This document shows positions 40,659 through 53,996 of a stretch of 64,000 nt of DNA, in pieces. Numbering within the stretch: the first letter of the stretch is position 1; every line of letters begins with the position of its first letter. Under the pieces are notes generated by a model, which was not told the origin of the DNA, did not search any database, and was given only the letters and a program-made list of their open reading frames with translations. Made by a program: the position numbers and the translations under genes. Source of the stretch: Octopus vulgaris (Eukaryota); assembly GCA_951406725.2 (NCBI GenBank), contig OX597825.1, positions 22,134,001 through 22,198,000 on the forward strand. The letters are read 5' to 3'.

Positions 40659-41342
40659 AGAGAAAGAGAGAGTGAGAGAGCGAGAGAGAGCGGAGAGAAA
40701 CCTATATATACTTTCGTACATAAGAATATATGTGGATATTCTAAATAATTCCGTTTCAGACTTATCACTCATGCGTAAATCACTCATGCATACACCCGCA
40801 CATGTGTTTGAAATTCTCTCCTAACCTGTCCTGCGTTTGTTTCATACATCTAGCATTTGAGGTTAAATTTCGTTTGTTCAAACGTAGTGTGGCTTCCTTT
40901 ATTATTCCTGCTTGGTTAAATATCAAATGAAACGAAACGTGAGTTATTAGTTGTGGAAATGTGCATAAATTGTGGAGAAGCTGTATGGATATAGTGAATT
41001 CAACTCTAATTATGACCGCTTGTCACTTACTGAATGTATAATATTTCGATCTCGTAAAATATTTTAAAATATACCTCTTCTTTTCAGAGCACTTCAACTT
41101 TACACAGCTATCTCTTGAAACATTCAACATATTTGAAGTGGATTCCATTGGATTCTTACGCATAAACTTATTACCTATAGCTGTTTGAATATTTAATAAA
41201 TCCACTCTAGTAATTTAATTTCATACGTATTATTATAATATTCTTGTAAGAGATCACAAATTTGAGTTGACGTTCAGAATACTAAGAATAATAATGCCTT
41301 AGATATACACCATAGCAGTATTTGTAGAGAAGTTATAACAGA

Positions 41343-41727
41343 CTAGCAGTATCGCCCGGCGTTGCTCAGGTTTGTAAGGGAAATAACTATAAAGCATTTT
41401 TAGAGAGTTATAGCCAAAAAATAGCAAAAAAATGGAAAAAAAATGATGGTAAATTTTTTTTGAGAGTTAAAACAGATGGAGTTGCGTCCCCTAGACGGTC
41501 TGTGGTTTGTGTTTCTGATTCTCGACCCCATGTCGAATTTATCGATTTTTTTCAGAACTGGGGGAACTTTTCAAAATTTTCGCTGCGTTAGTTTTGAATT
41601 ATGACATTGGGCTATGTGTGTGTCAAGTTTCATCAGAATCGGTTGAAAGCCGTGGTCAGGGTGAGGGTACGAGAAAACAGACACACAGAAACACGCACAG
41701 ACAAACTGCCGTTTATATATAGAGAGA
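41343..41727 (-). mobile_element. Non-autonomous Helitron
   Basis: Minus: A|TCTCTCTATATATAAACGGCAG start; cctgagcaacgccggg hairpin; CTAG|T end. Confidence 0.85.
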
Positions 41728-42568
41728 TGATTGCAAATGTTAATAAACTTAAGATAAACCAAAGATTTAATGCAGGCCATACAGAAGTGAAACTATATAC
41801 CGTAAAGATACGGTGAGGTTTTGCTGGGTATATAATCTTCCAGTCATTTTAAGTGCAAATGCTTAAACTGTATAAATGTATGAACAGCATTACTGATATA
41901 ACGTATGACCTTATGAAACGCATTACCATTGCAAGATAAGACTAGTTTTAATGTGGAAGCTAAAAAAGACCATTTCTGTTCCTACACGTAAATTTTGTAC
42001 CATCTAAACCTCGTAATTAACGTAAGCTAATGTCATTATTTCGATGGGAATTAACCTCTCACACGTCTAATACTACATTTCAGCAATGTTATTCCCATAT
42101 TTATTGTTTTCAATTTCTGTATTGCGCTGGCAGCCTTCTAGTTCCCAATCACCGTAAAGTGATTATGATTAAATGTGTACACATCTCATTACAAACTCAG
42201 TAATTGTATTTCTTGCAACAAAATTCTATCAGTATTAATCCTTCAGCAACGACCCAGTGAGACAATAGATTATCAACATTTGAAATATTTGAGCTAGTTT
42301 CAATTACAGCGATCATATTGTTCTCCAGTTTGAGATAAATTTGCAGACTGCATTTTCAATTAACTTTGCGCACACAAACTCTTTGAATTTCTGTACGGGA
42401 TTCTTCTTGTTTTATCAATACATGATACTATAGCTGCCTGGGATTTCTGATTTTGACACTATAAATGTTATTTAATTAAGTCGCTTGATTAGAATAGAAA
42501 ATTCAAAGATTGGTTTCGAAAGTTCTGTTATTCTTAATATGCTCTCTCTGTTATATGTGCCAAAAGGA

Positions 42569-42798
42569 GGCGGCGAGCTGGCAGAAACGTTAGCACGCCG
42601 GGCGAAATGCGTGGCAGTATTTCGTCCGCCGTTACGTTCTGAGTTCAAATTACGCCGTGGTCGACTTTGCCTTTCATCCTTTCGGGGTCGATAAATTAAG
42701 TACCAGTTATGCACTGGGGTCAATGTAATCGACTTAATCCCTTTGTCTGTCCTTGTTTGTCTCTTCTCTGTTTAGCCCCTTGTGGGTAGTAAAGAAAT
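42569..42798 (+). mobile_element. SINE family B (tRNA-like head, Meta-domain-like centre)
   Basis: ggcggcgagctggcagaaacgttagc, gagttcaaatt, gcctttcatcctttcggggtcgataaattaagtaccag. The Meta-domain assignment is from memory. Confidence 0.93.
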
Positions 42799-42804
42799 AT
42801 ACAT

Positions 42805-43220
42805 GTAGGAGTGCCTGTGTGGTAAGTAGCTTGCTAACCAACCACATGGTTCCGGGTTCAGTCCCACTGCGTGGAATCTTGGGCAACTGTCTTCTGCTAT
42901 AGCCCCGGGCCGACCAATGCCTTGTGAGTGTATTTAGTAGACGGAAACTGAAAGAAGCCTGTCGTATATATGTACATATATATATATGTATGTGTGTGTG
43001 TGTGTGTGTTTGTGTGTCTGTGTTTGTCCCCCTAGCATTGCTTGACAACCGATGCTTGTGTGTTTACGTCCCCGTCACTTAGCGGTTCGGCAAAAGAGAT
43101 CCGATAGAATAAGTACTGGGCTTACAAAGTATAAGTCCCGGGATCGATTTGCTCGACTAAAGGCGGTGCTCCAGCATGGCCGCAGTCAAATGACTGAAAC
43201 AAGTAAAAGAGTAAAAGAGT
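42805..43220 (+). mobile_element. SINE family A
   Basis: Near full length, directly 3' of the family B copy. Confidence 0.95.
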
Positions 43221-43783
43221 ATGTGTCATAAACTGTATTTCGCAATTGAATAAGAAACAAGTATATCCATCGTTAGTTTCGCTTGTTCCTTTATTGTAAG
43301 TGAAAACTACTTCATGTTCCTCACTTCAACAAACTGTATTAAAATGATATCGCAATAGCCACTTCAAGATGAAGAAGATGTATCTTATTTCTTTTTCTCA
43401 ATTCTCTCAATATATATGGCATCTCCGTACGGAATTTTTGATTTCCGTTGCAATTATTTGCTTGACGTAGAGGAATTGAAATAAACTTTGAATAATATTC
43501 GATATGACTATACGTTCCAGAACGAACTTCCCATTTTCCAAGATATTATACTATTATGTTAAGCAATTTAAGAATATAGGTGTTGATACGTTCGTATACT
43601 GTGTTATAGAAGTGGAATCTAAAATTTCGCATTTGACTCGCCATGAGAGAGAAAAAAACTTTTCAGTTAAAAATCTGTTATCTTTGTGACAGAGCCTATG
43701 TTACAAAAACGTTAGATTCTCTATCGTCACATGACATACGAACTTACCCGAAGTTTTCAGTTCCCTTGTTTCATATTCCCTAA

Positions 43784-44071
43784 AATGCAAATATATGGGA
43801 AACTACCACCTGTGTCATCTCTTGTGAAAGGTAGGAGAGTCCAGTTTGCTGGACATTGTTGTAGAGCTGAAAAAGAAGTAATTTCTACTCTTCTCTGGAA
43901 GCCATCTACTCGCAATACCAGAGGGCGTACACTCTCCTACCCTGATGTAATCTCCAGGGATACAGGCATCCAGCAACAGGACCTCCGTAATGCCATGATG
44001 GACCGTGAAGTCTGGCGTAGCATGGTAAATTCCAATGTCTCGACCACGGTCGAACAATGATGATGATGATG
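43784..44071 (+). mobile_element. 5'-truncated RTE-clade LINE (ORF C-terminus)
   Basis: IYGKLPPVSSLVKGRRVQFAGHCCR...LLWKP...RGR...AMMDREVWRSMV; stop runs into a (TGA)n tail; TSD attccctaa at 43775-43783 and 44072-44080. Confidence 0.92.
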
Positions 44072-44925
44072 ATTCCCTAACGCATTTCAACCATTTTTTT
44101 TTTCACATGACGTTTTTTGTTAATTCTTTCTTAAATGTACGATCCTACAAAGCAAAGGAAAATAGTAAATAGAATCGAAGTTTTAGTATTTCAATAACAC
44201 AGAACTCACAACTAGCATACAGGCCAACTACGTCTGACATTTCTCAAGACAACCTTTTGTACGTTGGCGTTGATAAGTGAAAATAACAGTAGCACCACGA
44301 CAACACACGCTTCAAAATATTCAGTGCTGGAATTGACACATATGTATATAGGTTGAATGCTTGATAACCCATAGGTGTAAGTTTATTCCATTATTGATAT
44401 ATGTAGCGAAACAATTACATCTAGAAAACTGTAATAGGCGAAAGCATGGCTGCGTGGCTGGCGTATTATATTTCAGATAAGGTTTCGATCTCAGCGTGCA
44501 TGGGCAGATGAGTTTTGCTTCAGCCAGTGTTTAATCAATATATTTTGCATTGAATTTGCCAAAAGCAAACGTTGCAGAAGACTAGTGTGTATGTATGTGC
44601 GTGTGTTTGTGGGATACACACATACACACGCACACACGCACAGACACAAATATATATACACACCTATACACGCAAGCGCAAATATTTATATACTACAAAT
44701 ATATATATATATATACAAAATAAGAAAATGGAGAAATACATCGAAATCAAATATCAATTACCAGATAATACTCAATCACATACTTTATTAAACCACCACA
44801 TAAGAAACTATAAGGTTAAACATAATGATGTAGAACAAAAGAGTGTACATAAAGGAGTGTACATAAAAGAGTAATGTTATACAATAATCCCATGGGGGGT
44901 TGCATTTACAACCCCTATCTCAATT

Positions 44926-45020
<95 letters not shown>

Positions 45021-45032
45021 GTATGTGTGTGT

Positions 45033-45188
45033 GAGTGGCTGTGTGGTAAGTAGCTTGCTTACCAACCACATGGTTCCGGGTTCAGTCCCACTGCGTGGCA
45101 CCTTGGGCAAGTGTTTTCTACTATAGCCTCGAGCCGACCAAAGCCTTGTGAGTGGATTTGGTAGACGGAAACTGAAAGAAGCCCGTCG

Positions 45189-45258
<70 letters not shown>

Positions 45259-45478
45259 CGTGTATGTTTGTGTGTCTGTTTTTATCCCCCTATAATTGCT
45301 TGACAACTGATGCTGGTGAGTTTATGGCCCCGTCACTTAGCGGTTCGGCAAAAGACACGGATAGAATAAGTACTGGGCTTACAAAGAATAAGTCCCGGGG
45401 TCGAGTTGCTCGACTAAAGGCGGTCCACCAGCATGGCCACAGTCAAATGACTGAAACAAGTAAAAAGAGTAAAGAGTA
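45033..45478 (+). mobile_element. SINE family A with expanded internal (TG)n
   Basis: Collinear with other copies. Confidence 0.95.
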
Positions 45479-45518
45479 TGTATATATATCTACATATATA
45501 CATATATACGTTGTGTAC

Positions 45519-45568
<50 letters not shown>

Positions 45569-46359
45569 GTTTTGTGTGTATATATAAATACTATATATAT
45601 GAAATATAAGTGTGTATGTGCATACGTGACCGCGCTTGTGTTTGCGTTCATACCGGAGTATAACAGCTGCTGTCTGCGTCACCAGATATCCTGTATATTC
45701 TTTTCTACACTAGGAACAAAGCCCGATTAGATAGACCGCAGTACGCAACTGGTACTGAATTTGTCGACACAGAAGGATCAGAAGTTGAATGCTTCCCTCA
45801 AACTATTAAATCCAACGCTTTAACAGATCTGCCACCATACCAGTTCATATTCATTGCTCTTTGTTTTTAGTTTTGAATGTTGTACCATAAATTTTATACA
45901 TCACGTGACGTGCTTCTTCACTTTCAAAAAGCTACTTCACGGTGTAAGGATATATTATACAAGTACTTAAGTCCAAAGTTACTGGATAATTATACAAGTA
46001 CTTAGTCAAATGGACAAGTAGTTAAAAACGTAATTAATGAAATATATATTTTCCTGAATAAGAAATGTCTTACTGCTATATTTTTGATGATAATTTTTGA
46101 AGATGTAGTTAAAATTTGAAGTGTTTTAAATTTGAAAGAAGTATCAAAGTAATTCAAAGAAATATCAAAGAATTTCAAAGAAATATATAAGTCTCATATA
46201 CCATAATCAAGTTTCTAGTTGATGGCTTTAATTTAGATTTGAATTGTCAATCTTTACCAATTGCTGGCTAACGTTTCAACGGCGATATATTAAAATTGAT
46301 GAGAAGAGGAAGTACATTACTCAGCGATTCTTGAGAAGGGCGAATTTAAATGTAATATA

Positions 46360-46765
46360 CGCTTTCCTACTCTAGGCACAAGAGCGGAAATGCCTTTCGG
46401 GGGAAGGGGCTAGTCGAATACATTGACCAAAATATACAACTGGTACTTAGTTAATCGACCCCGAAAGGATCAATGACAAAGTCGACCTCGGCGGAATTTG
46501 ATCTCAGGACGTAGCGGGACACGTAATACCTATTTCTTTACTACCCACAAGGGGCTAAACACAGAAGGGACAAACATGGACAGACAAACAGATTAAGTCG
46601 TTTATATCGATCCCAGTGCGTAACTGGTACTTATTTAATCGACCCCGAAAAGATGTAAGGCAAGGTCGACCTTGGCGGAATTTGAACTCAGAACGTACGG
46701 CAGACAAAATATGGCTACGCATGTCGCCCGGCGTGCTAACGATTCTGCCAGCTCACCGCCTTTTA
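46360..46765 (-). mobile_element. SINE family B dimer
   Basis: Central domain twice (about 46425-46510 and 46600-46695); TSD aaatgtaatata at 46348-46359 and 46766-46777. Confidence 0.9.
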
Positions 46766-47487
46766 AAATGTAATATATTGCCGTATGGGAGGCAGTGGGA
46801 TGGCAGTTTAAGTTCTGCGTTCAAATACCCACGAAATTGACTTCACCTATATTACTTCGAAGTGGTTGAAATAAGTACTAGTTGAGATCCGGGATCGATG
46901 TAATCGGCTTAACCCTTCCCCTTTCCAGCTGGCCTGCCTTGTACAAAAATTTGAAACCAATATATCATCGCTTGAACCATAAAAAATATAATACATTCCT
47001 ATTATCATTTATATTGCATTTTCACTTCAAACTTTGTATAATTCTGGCCCGGATTTATCTCAGTTTACTCCCTGGTGAACGAGTCGTATCATAATAAATA
47101 TAATTTATTCATAAGATTTCCCACCACATTACAGCTTTTCAGTTGTTGAATCAACAATTCAAGAAATCTATGTAGCTAATGGATCATATATCTAAACATA
47201 AGGTCGTTGTGGAAATCAATTATATTGAAAGGATATACGTATAAAGTCATGGATCTTTTATCTGTTGAGTTATACTTGTTGCAGATATTAAATTGCGGCC
47301 ATGTTGGGGTACGTCCTTCAAGAATTAACTTGAATGACTCGGGATTAACACTTATTTTTAAAGACTGGACCTTATTCTATTTCATCGGTCCCTTTCACGA
47401 ACAAGGATGTATACACATACACAAAAAATCCGGATATCAGGCGGTGGTTTGGGGGGGACAAATACGAAGAGAAGTACACACACATAC

Positions 47488-47553
<66 letters not shown>

Positions 47554-47599
47554 TATACATACATGCATTCATACATATATATATATGTATAAATATATA

Positions 47600-47745
47600 T
47601 ATATTAATATAATTCTTAAAGGGGACAGCAAACGTTAAGGCACAGTAGACAACTCAAGACGTGTACAATGTTATTATTGGAAAAAATACAAAATCTTACA
47701 GCTGTTTCTGTGATATCTCCGAGCATGGGATATCCTTGGTGCCCT
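47600..47745 (-). mobile_element. Penelope-like pLTR fragment with 3' half of a hammerhead
   Basis: Minus: gatatccc...gagatatc-aca-GAAAC-agct-GTA-agat; CTGATGA absent; resembles the 8478 family. Confidence 0.55.
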
Positions 47746-47815
47746 AATAATCCGTTACAGAACTTACCTAGCATGCCTAATCGTTTAGATCACCTGTGAA
47801 GTAAACCCGCATACG

Positions 47816-47882
<67 letters not shown>

Positions 47883-47894
47883 TATATAAATTAT

Positions 47895-48131
47895 AAAAAA
47901 ACAATGAAAAGTTAAATTATACCACATAGAAATAAATTACATCTTATATAAAATTTATATATAAGATAAAAACATATAACAATGATTAAGTAGTGTGCAA
48001 AATAATAATCAAACGCTTTATTATTATTTTGCACATTACTTAATCATTGCTATATATTTTTATCTTATATTTAATTTTTCTATTAGATGTAACTTTTTCT
48101 CTATGATATAATTTAACTTTTTTTCATTTTT
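47895..48131. repeat. AT-rich ~240-bp imperfect palindrome flanked by (TA)n
   Basis: caatgattaagtagtgtgcaaaataataat / attattattttgcacattacttaatcattg; ~10-nt loop near 48010-48019. Confidence 0.88.
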
Positions 48132-48148
48132 GAATTGATAAAAGGTGT

Positions 48149-48182
<34 letters not shown>

Positions 48183-48283
48183 TTTGTGAAATTTTATTTA
48201 GTATTTCTAAATTGAATTTTTCCCTGTAAGTTTGGAAAAATATTTCCTAATATTATATATATATATGTATATATGCGCGCGCC

Positions 48284-48331
<48 letters not shown>

Positions 48332-48609
48332 CGAATTTTCTCATGCATATTTCCCTGCTGCATGAACGATATAGCAATGGCATGCTCGGTCTGAAGTTAC
48401 GCAAATTACGTCTGCTCATCATTTTAAACACGAAGTAACACTTCATTCGAACTGCTGTCATGTTCAATATATTGGAAACACTTATGTTCAATAAGATTTA
48501 ATTGATTTCACAAGAATCATCAGGAAGAATGATTATTCAAGTACACATGAAATGCATTTTGTGATACATGTATCCATTTGAAATTCCGTAAAATCTGCTG
48601 TAAATACAT

Positions 48610-48936
48610 TCTAAAGACTCCGCCGGTTACGACGACGAGGGTCCCAGCCGATACGATCAACGGAACAGCTTGCTCGTGAAATTAACGTGCAAATGGCTGA
48701 GCATTCCACAGACACGTGTACCCTTAACGTAGTTCTCGGGGATAATCAGCGTGACACAGAGAGTGACAAGGCTGACCCTTTGAAATACAAGTACAACTCA
48801 TTTTTGCCAGCTGAGTGGACTGGAGCAACGTGAAATAAAGTGTCTTGCTCAAGGACACAACGCGTCGCCGGGAATCGAACTCACAACCTTACGATCATGA
48901 GCCGAATGCCCTAACCACTAAGCCACGCGCCCTCAC
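48610..48936 (-). mobile_element. SINE family D, young
   Basis: Two substitutions versus 26711-27033; TSD (c)tgtaaatacat. Confidence 0.96.
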
Positions 48937-49544
48937 TGTAAATACATATTTACCAAATGAAATGTGACCTATAATTTACTATATGCTATTATTAATTACA
49001 TATATTGATGACTGTTACATAGTCATCAATATATGAACGATTCTGCGCAGAAGTGCTGCATGCTGCATACATGTATATATATACGAATGCATACGCGTTG
49101 ATGTATGAATATTTTTCATTATAGGAATTACGTGAGTATATCATATCAATATAAAATAATGTTGTGTTTAGGTTATATTAATATATTACAATCTGCAAGT
49201 ATTCACAGCAGACTTAATACAGAAAATGAGCACAAATATATACATACATACATAGGAACACACACACACACAACCCCCCCATATATATATATTAGTCCCC
49301 ACAGATTAATAACAGGTAAGGTATACATATATATTTTTTAAATATGTTTAAATAATTTTTAATTAATTCTATTGTAATTTATTTTATTGTGTTATAGTAG
49401 GCATAAAATGCTTATATCATTAAATTAGTATTTTGGATAAAACGTTCTATGTGTACTCCAGAAAATAAGGTTGTTTTGAAATTGGAGTTATGGTCTTATT
49501 GGTAAAAACATATAATTTTGTGTGTGGTTCTTTGTGTACCTGTG

Positions 49545-49699
49545 TGTCTAGCTGTGTGATAAAAAGTTTACATCATGGTACCGGATCCAGTCTCACTGCG
49601 TGGCACCTTGGGCAAGTGTTTTCTACAATATTCTCGGGCCGACCTAAGCCTTGTGAGTGGAATTGTTAGACGGAAAGTGAAAGATGCCAGTTGTATATA

Positions 49700-49775
<76 letters not shown>

Positions 49776-49990
49776 TGTATGTATGTATGTATGTATGTAT
49801 ATTTGTATTATGTGAGTGTGTCCCCCTCGCCATCGCTTGACACCACATACAGGTATGTTTATGTCACCGTAAATTAGCACTCCGGCAAAACAGAACGATA
49901 GAACAAATACTAGGTTTACAAAGAATAAGTTTTCTTCGACTAAAACCGTTCACGGCGGTGCTCCAGCATGGCCAGAGTCAAACGACTAAA
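49545..49990 (+). mobile_element. SINE family A, older decayed copy
   Basis: cactgcgtggcaccttgggcaagtg; ggcggtgctccagcatggcc. Confidence 0.85.
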
Positions 49991-50167
49991 ATTTCACCTA
50001 TATTATTGATTCTGTTATAATTTGAAAATTCATACGCCAGATAATAATAAAGTCAATGGTATTTTCGCAAATAATATTTTCGTGAATTATATTTTTCCTG
50101 AATTATTTGCTCCGTATTGAAATTTTCTCACTAGTGGCTGCCATGATTTCATCGCAAAATGAATCAG

Positions 50168-50333
50168 TTACAGCGCAGACTTCAACACGACGGGTTGGGG
50201 TTCTCTATCATGGTAACGCGTGCTGAGGAAGGTTAGGCTATTATGCAGTCCAGAAACCGTTGCACGTGAGTTCAAATACTTGATTGTATGCTGAGAGATT
50301 GTCTTGACCCGTTTGCTTTCAGACGGTTGATTT
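50168..50333 (-). CDS. Candidate terminal coding exon, unknown protein (NQPSESKRVKTISQHTIKYLNSRATVSGLHNSLTFLSTRYHDREPQPVVLKSAL*)
   Basis: Non-repetitive and GC-richer than flanks; aactacag acceptor; open to TAA; no recognised homology. Confidence 0.3.
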
Positions 50334-51319
50334 CTGTAGTTATTAACAGTGTATATTGTCGATTTAAATAAAAGTTTTGACTGGTATTTCCAGCAGGTAG
50401 ACATACTTAGTATGACCTTTGATTAATTATAATCCTTGAGCTCTCTAATGCTTTTTTGGATACAGCAATCGCCTAATAACAGAGTCAATAATATCTTCGC
50501 AAATTATACTTTTTTGAATTATTTTTATCATGAATTATTTGCTCCGTATTGAAATTATATACGTATACTATATTTCGAATGATAGATCACTAGACAACAG
50601 TATATAAAACTATATACTAAGAATAGACCCATAAATAAGCCCACATAATGTGTATCTAGGTGTGTGTGTGTTTGTAAGTGTGTTTGTTTATGTGTGTATG
50701 CCTGTGTGTGTAAGTGTGTTAACGCGTGCATATTAGAATATTTAAGATTTTTATATTCAAAGATGTACGCACGCGTAAGCTATTTAGATATATGCCCATG
50801 AAGCTCAACGAATTAATCACACACCGACTAAATATATTTTTATAAGTTTTCAAGTTTATTACGATATATTATTATCGATTTAATTTCGTATTTATTTACT
50901 GCATAACTATTCATCCAGCTACCCGTTTATTGAATAATATATTCACATATTTACTAAACTGGAAAGCTTGTATTTATTTATATTTCGTCGTTGATATATA
51001 TATATATATATACGAATCTGGATTTTTTTTCTTATTAAAGATCTCACTTTCTCATACTGTCTACAAACAAATTCCGACGTCTTCTGCCTTAAGAAAATTT
51101 TGTTACTCGTATGAATGAAATTTGTACAGAACATTGGCACCATAAAAAATATTATCAAATAATGCAATTGAGTTTAGAAATTTAAAATATTCTGTTCCAA
51201 GTGAGCTATTTCTGTGGCGAAGGATAATTCTTTTCATAAAGGACAACTATTGGCTTAACAGTTGCCATCAACCCGTATAAGTCTGCTTCATATTTCTAGT
51301 CTTGTTGATTAGTGATTCC

Positions 51320-51457
51320 ACCCATCCATTCATCCATCCATCCATCCATCCATCCGTGAATCAATCAATCAGTCCATCCATATATACGAATGTATATATA
51401 TATATATGAATATATAAAATATATATATATGTATATGTACTTATATATATATATATG

Positions 51458-51527
<70 letters not shown>

Positions 51528-51539
51528 TAGTAGATAGAT

Positions 51540-51623
<84 letters not shown>
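51320..51623. repeat. Compound CCAT/TA/GA/GATA microsatellite
   Basis: Seen directly. Confidence 0.95.
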
Positions 51624-51624
<1 letters not shown>

Positions 51625-51625
<1 letters not shown>

Positions 51626-51808
51626 CGGTATTTCGTCTGCCGTTACGTTCTGAGATCAAATTCCGCCGAGGTCGACTTTGCCTTTCATCCTTTCGGGGTC
51701 GATGAATTAAGTACCAATTACGCACTGGGGTTGATGTAATCGACTTAATCCCTTTGTCTGTCCTTGTTTATCCCCTCTATATTTAGCACCCTTGTGAGTA
51801 ATAAAGAC

Positions 51809-51810
<2 letters not shown>
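51625..51810 (+). mobile_element. SINE family B lacking its 5' end, flanked by (TA)n
   Basis: Matches the 42569 copy from ggtatttcgtc onward. Confidence 0.9.
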
Positions 51811-51872
<62 letters not shown>

Positions 51873-52524
51873 TACTTCGTGGTCTTGGACGAAGAGACAT
51901 AAGACACGAGTTTTTGCACCCTCTGCAAATCCACTGAGATTCATACAGTTGATCTTTCTTTTAAAATCTTATAGCCAAATCATCTGAATGAGGCACATAA
52001 ACGGAAGGGAAGATTCTAAGAAACGAAGTAGTGGGTTTCCACAATGAAGTATTTTACACACACACACAACACACACACACACACAACACACACACACACA
52101 CATACATATACACATGGTTGACTGAACGCTAAGGATTATCGATTTTCGTCAAGGATTCCCATAGTACAAAATGTGTTCCCTGTAGAATCACAAATCGCCA
52201 GGACTATAATGCGACTTTTACACAGCTAACGTTATTAACATTTGTTAGAAAGAACCCATAAGTGAACCAAACACCGTGCACTCGACCCCATATCTTAGAA
52301 TAATCGACCACTTATGTTATATTTTGCAGTAACAACTATTGGGCTATTTGCTCCTCTCATCGTGACTGAAACAACTAAAGCAGATTTTCTTCGAAAACTA
52401 GTTCAAAATATCTCCATCAACTAGTCATAATCTGAGTCAATTTCTCGTCGTATTAACATTATAATTGCTGCCAAATCCGGACCAACTCCGATTTAAATAA
52501 TCATTTCTGTTATAGACAGAATTT

Positions 52525-52904
52525 TTGAAATTTTGTAAGTTGGATGACCAGTCGATTACATTAACACCAGTTCTCAACTGGTTCATATTTCATCGACTTC
52601 GAAAGGATGAAATACAAAGTTGACCTCTGCGGAAATTGAACTCAGAATGTAACAATGTACTTAATACCTATTTCTTTATTACCCAGGAGGGGCTAAACAC
52701 AGAGAGGACAAAAAACAAAAACAAGACAGTCGGGACAAGTCGATTATATCGACCCCAGTGCCTAACTGGTCCTTAATTTATCGACCCCGAAAGGAGGAAA
52801 TGCAAAGTCGACCTCGGCGAAATTTGAACTCAGAACGTAACGGTAGTCGGAATACCGCTAAGCATTTCGTCCGACGTGCTAACGATTGTAGCAGTACGCC
52901 GCCT
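52525..52904 (-). mobile_element. SINE family B dimer
   Basis: Same two-monomer layout and taatacctatttcttta junction as 46360-46765. Confidence 0.85.
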
Positions 52905-53500
52905 TTTCTCCGTATTAAATACTAAAACCTCCATTTAACACGATGCTTCTATTACTTCATCCACCCACTGTATATGCGATACAAAAGCATTGTAAACAGC
53001 AAGGAGTCGTAAATCAGCAGTCGTGATTTAAAACAGAATATAATATGTTTTTTAAACAGAAATATAACTTGATCACGTTTTGTGGAATTTCATAGAAGCC
53101 AGTAAATGAATGACGCAATTTTATATATATATATATATATATATTTATTTATACGTGACAAATGATCAAAAAACTTCAAATGTGAACGATAACAATATGA
53201 AACCCTTTTAAATAGCTGCAGCATGTTATGGAAGGCGCTGCGTGGTGCGTGCGTGAGGCTTTATGTTGTGCAGCGACAAAAATACTACATGCCTGACGCA
53301 TTGGAAGAGAAGAATATCCTACGTTTGTTTACATCGACAATTTTAATTTCAGGCGTGTTTTTGAGTTCTAGCTAACAGTTATTTCAAAATATCTCAACAA
53401 ATGTATGACGATAGAAACATTATTTTTCGAAGCGTCTACTAACTGGCATACATACATACATACATACATACATACATACATACATACATACATACATGCA

Positions 53501-53534
<34 letters not shown>

Positions 53535-53550
53535 CAAACAAACATACATA

Positions 53551-53900
53551 ACCCTGAAAATCAAAGAAAAAGATGATATCTATGGACAACTGCCTTGAAA
53601 CCTCCAGCTTGTATATCCGGAATTTTTATGCATATTCGTACCAATAATAATCGGAGGACTAGGTTCTGTTAGTAAATGCTTAAAGGAGAATCTGGATAAA
53701 CTGTTATTTTCAGAAAGTGAAATCGAACGGCTAATTCGTCCATTACAAGTGCAATTTGTGAGTGGAACAGTAAAAATATGCAAGACTTTTCTCAAGATCC
53801 AAATGCGAATTTGCCCGTGTTAACTACATCCCAAAGACGAAGCCTTGTATCTTTGTTGGAAACCGGATCCCTCCTCAGTGGAAGATTTATAATAATTACA
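53551..53900 (+). mobile_element. 3' end of an R4/Dong-type non-LTR retrotransposon (restriction-like endonuclease C-terminus)
   Basis: TLKIKEKDDIYGQLP*NLQLVYPEFLCIFVPIIIGGLGSVSKCLKENLDKL...LQVQFVSGTVKICKTFLK; one TGA at 53596; short 3' UTR ending ataataat. Confidence 0.8.
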
Positions 53901-53921
53901 AAAAATAGAGGACATATACAT

Positions 53922-53994
<73 letters not shown>

Positions 53995-53996
<2 letters not shown>

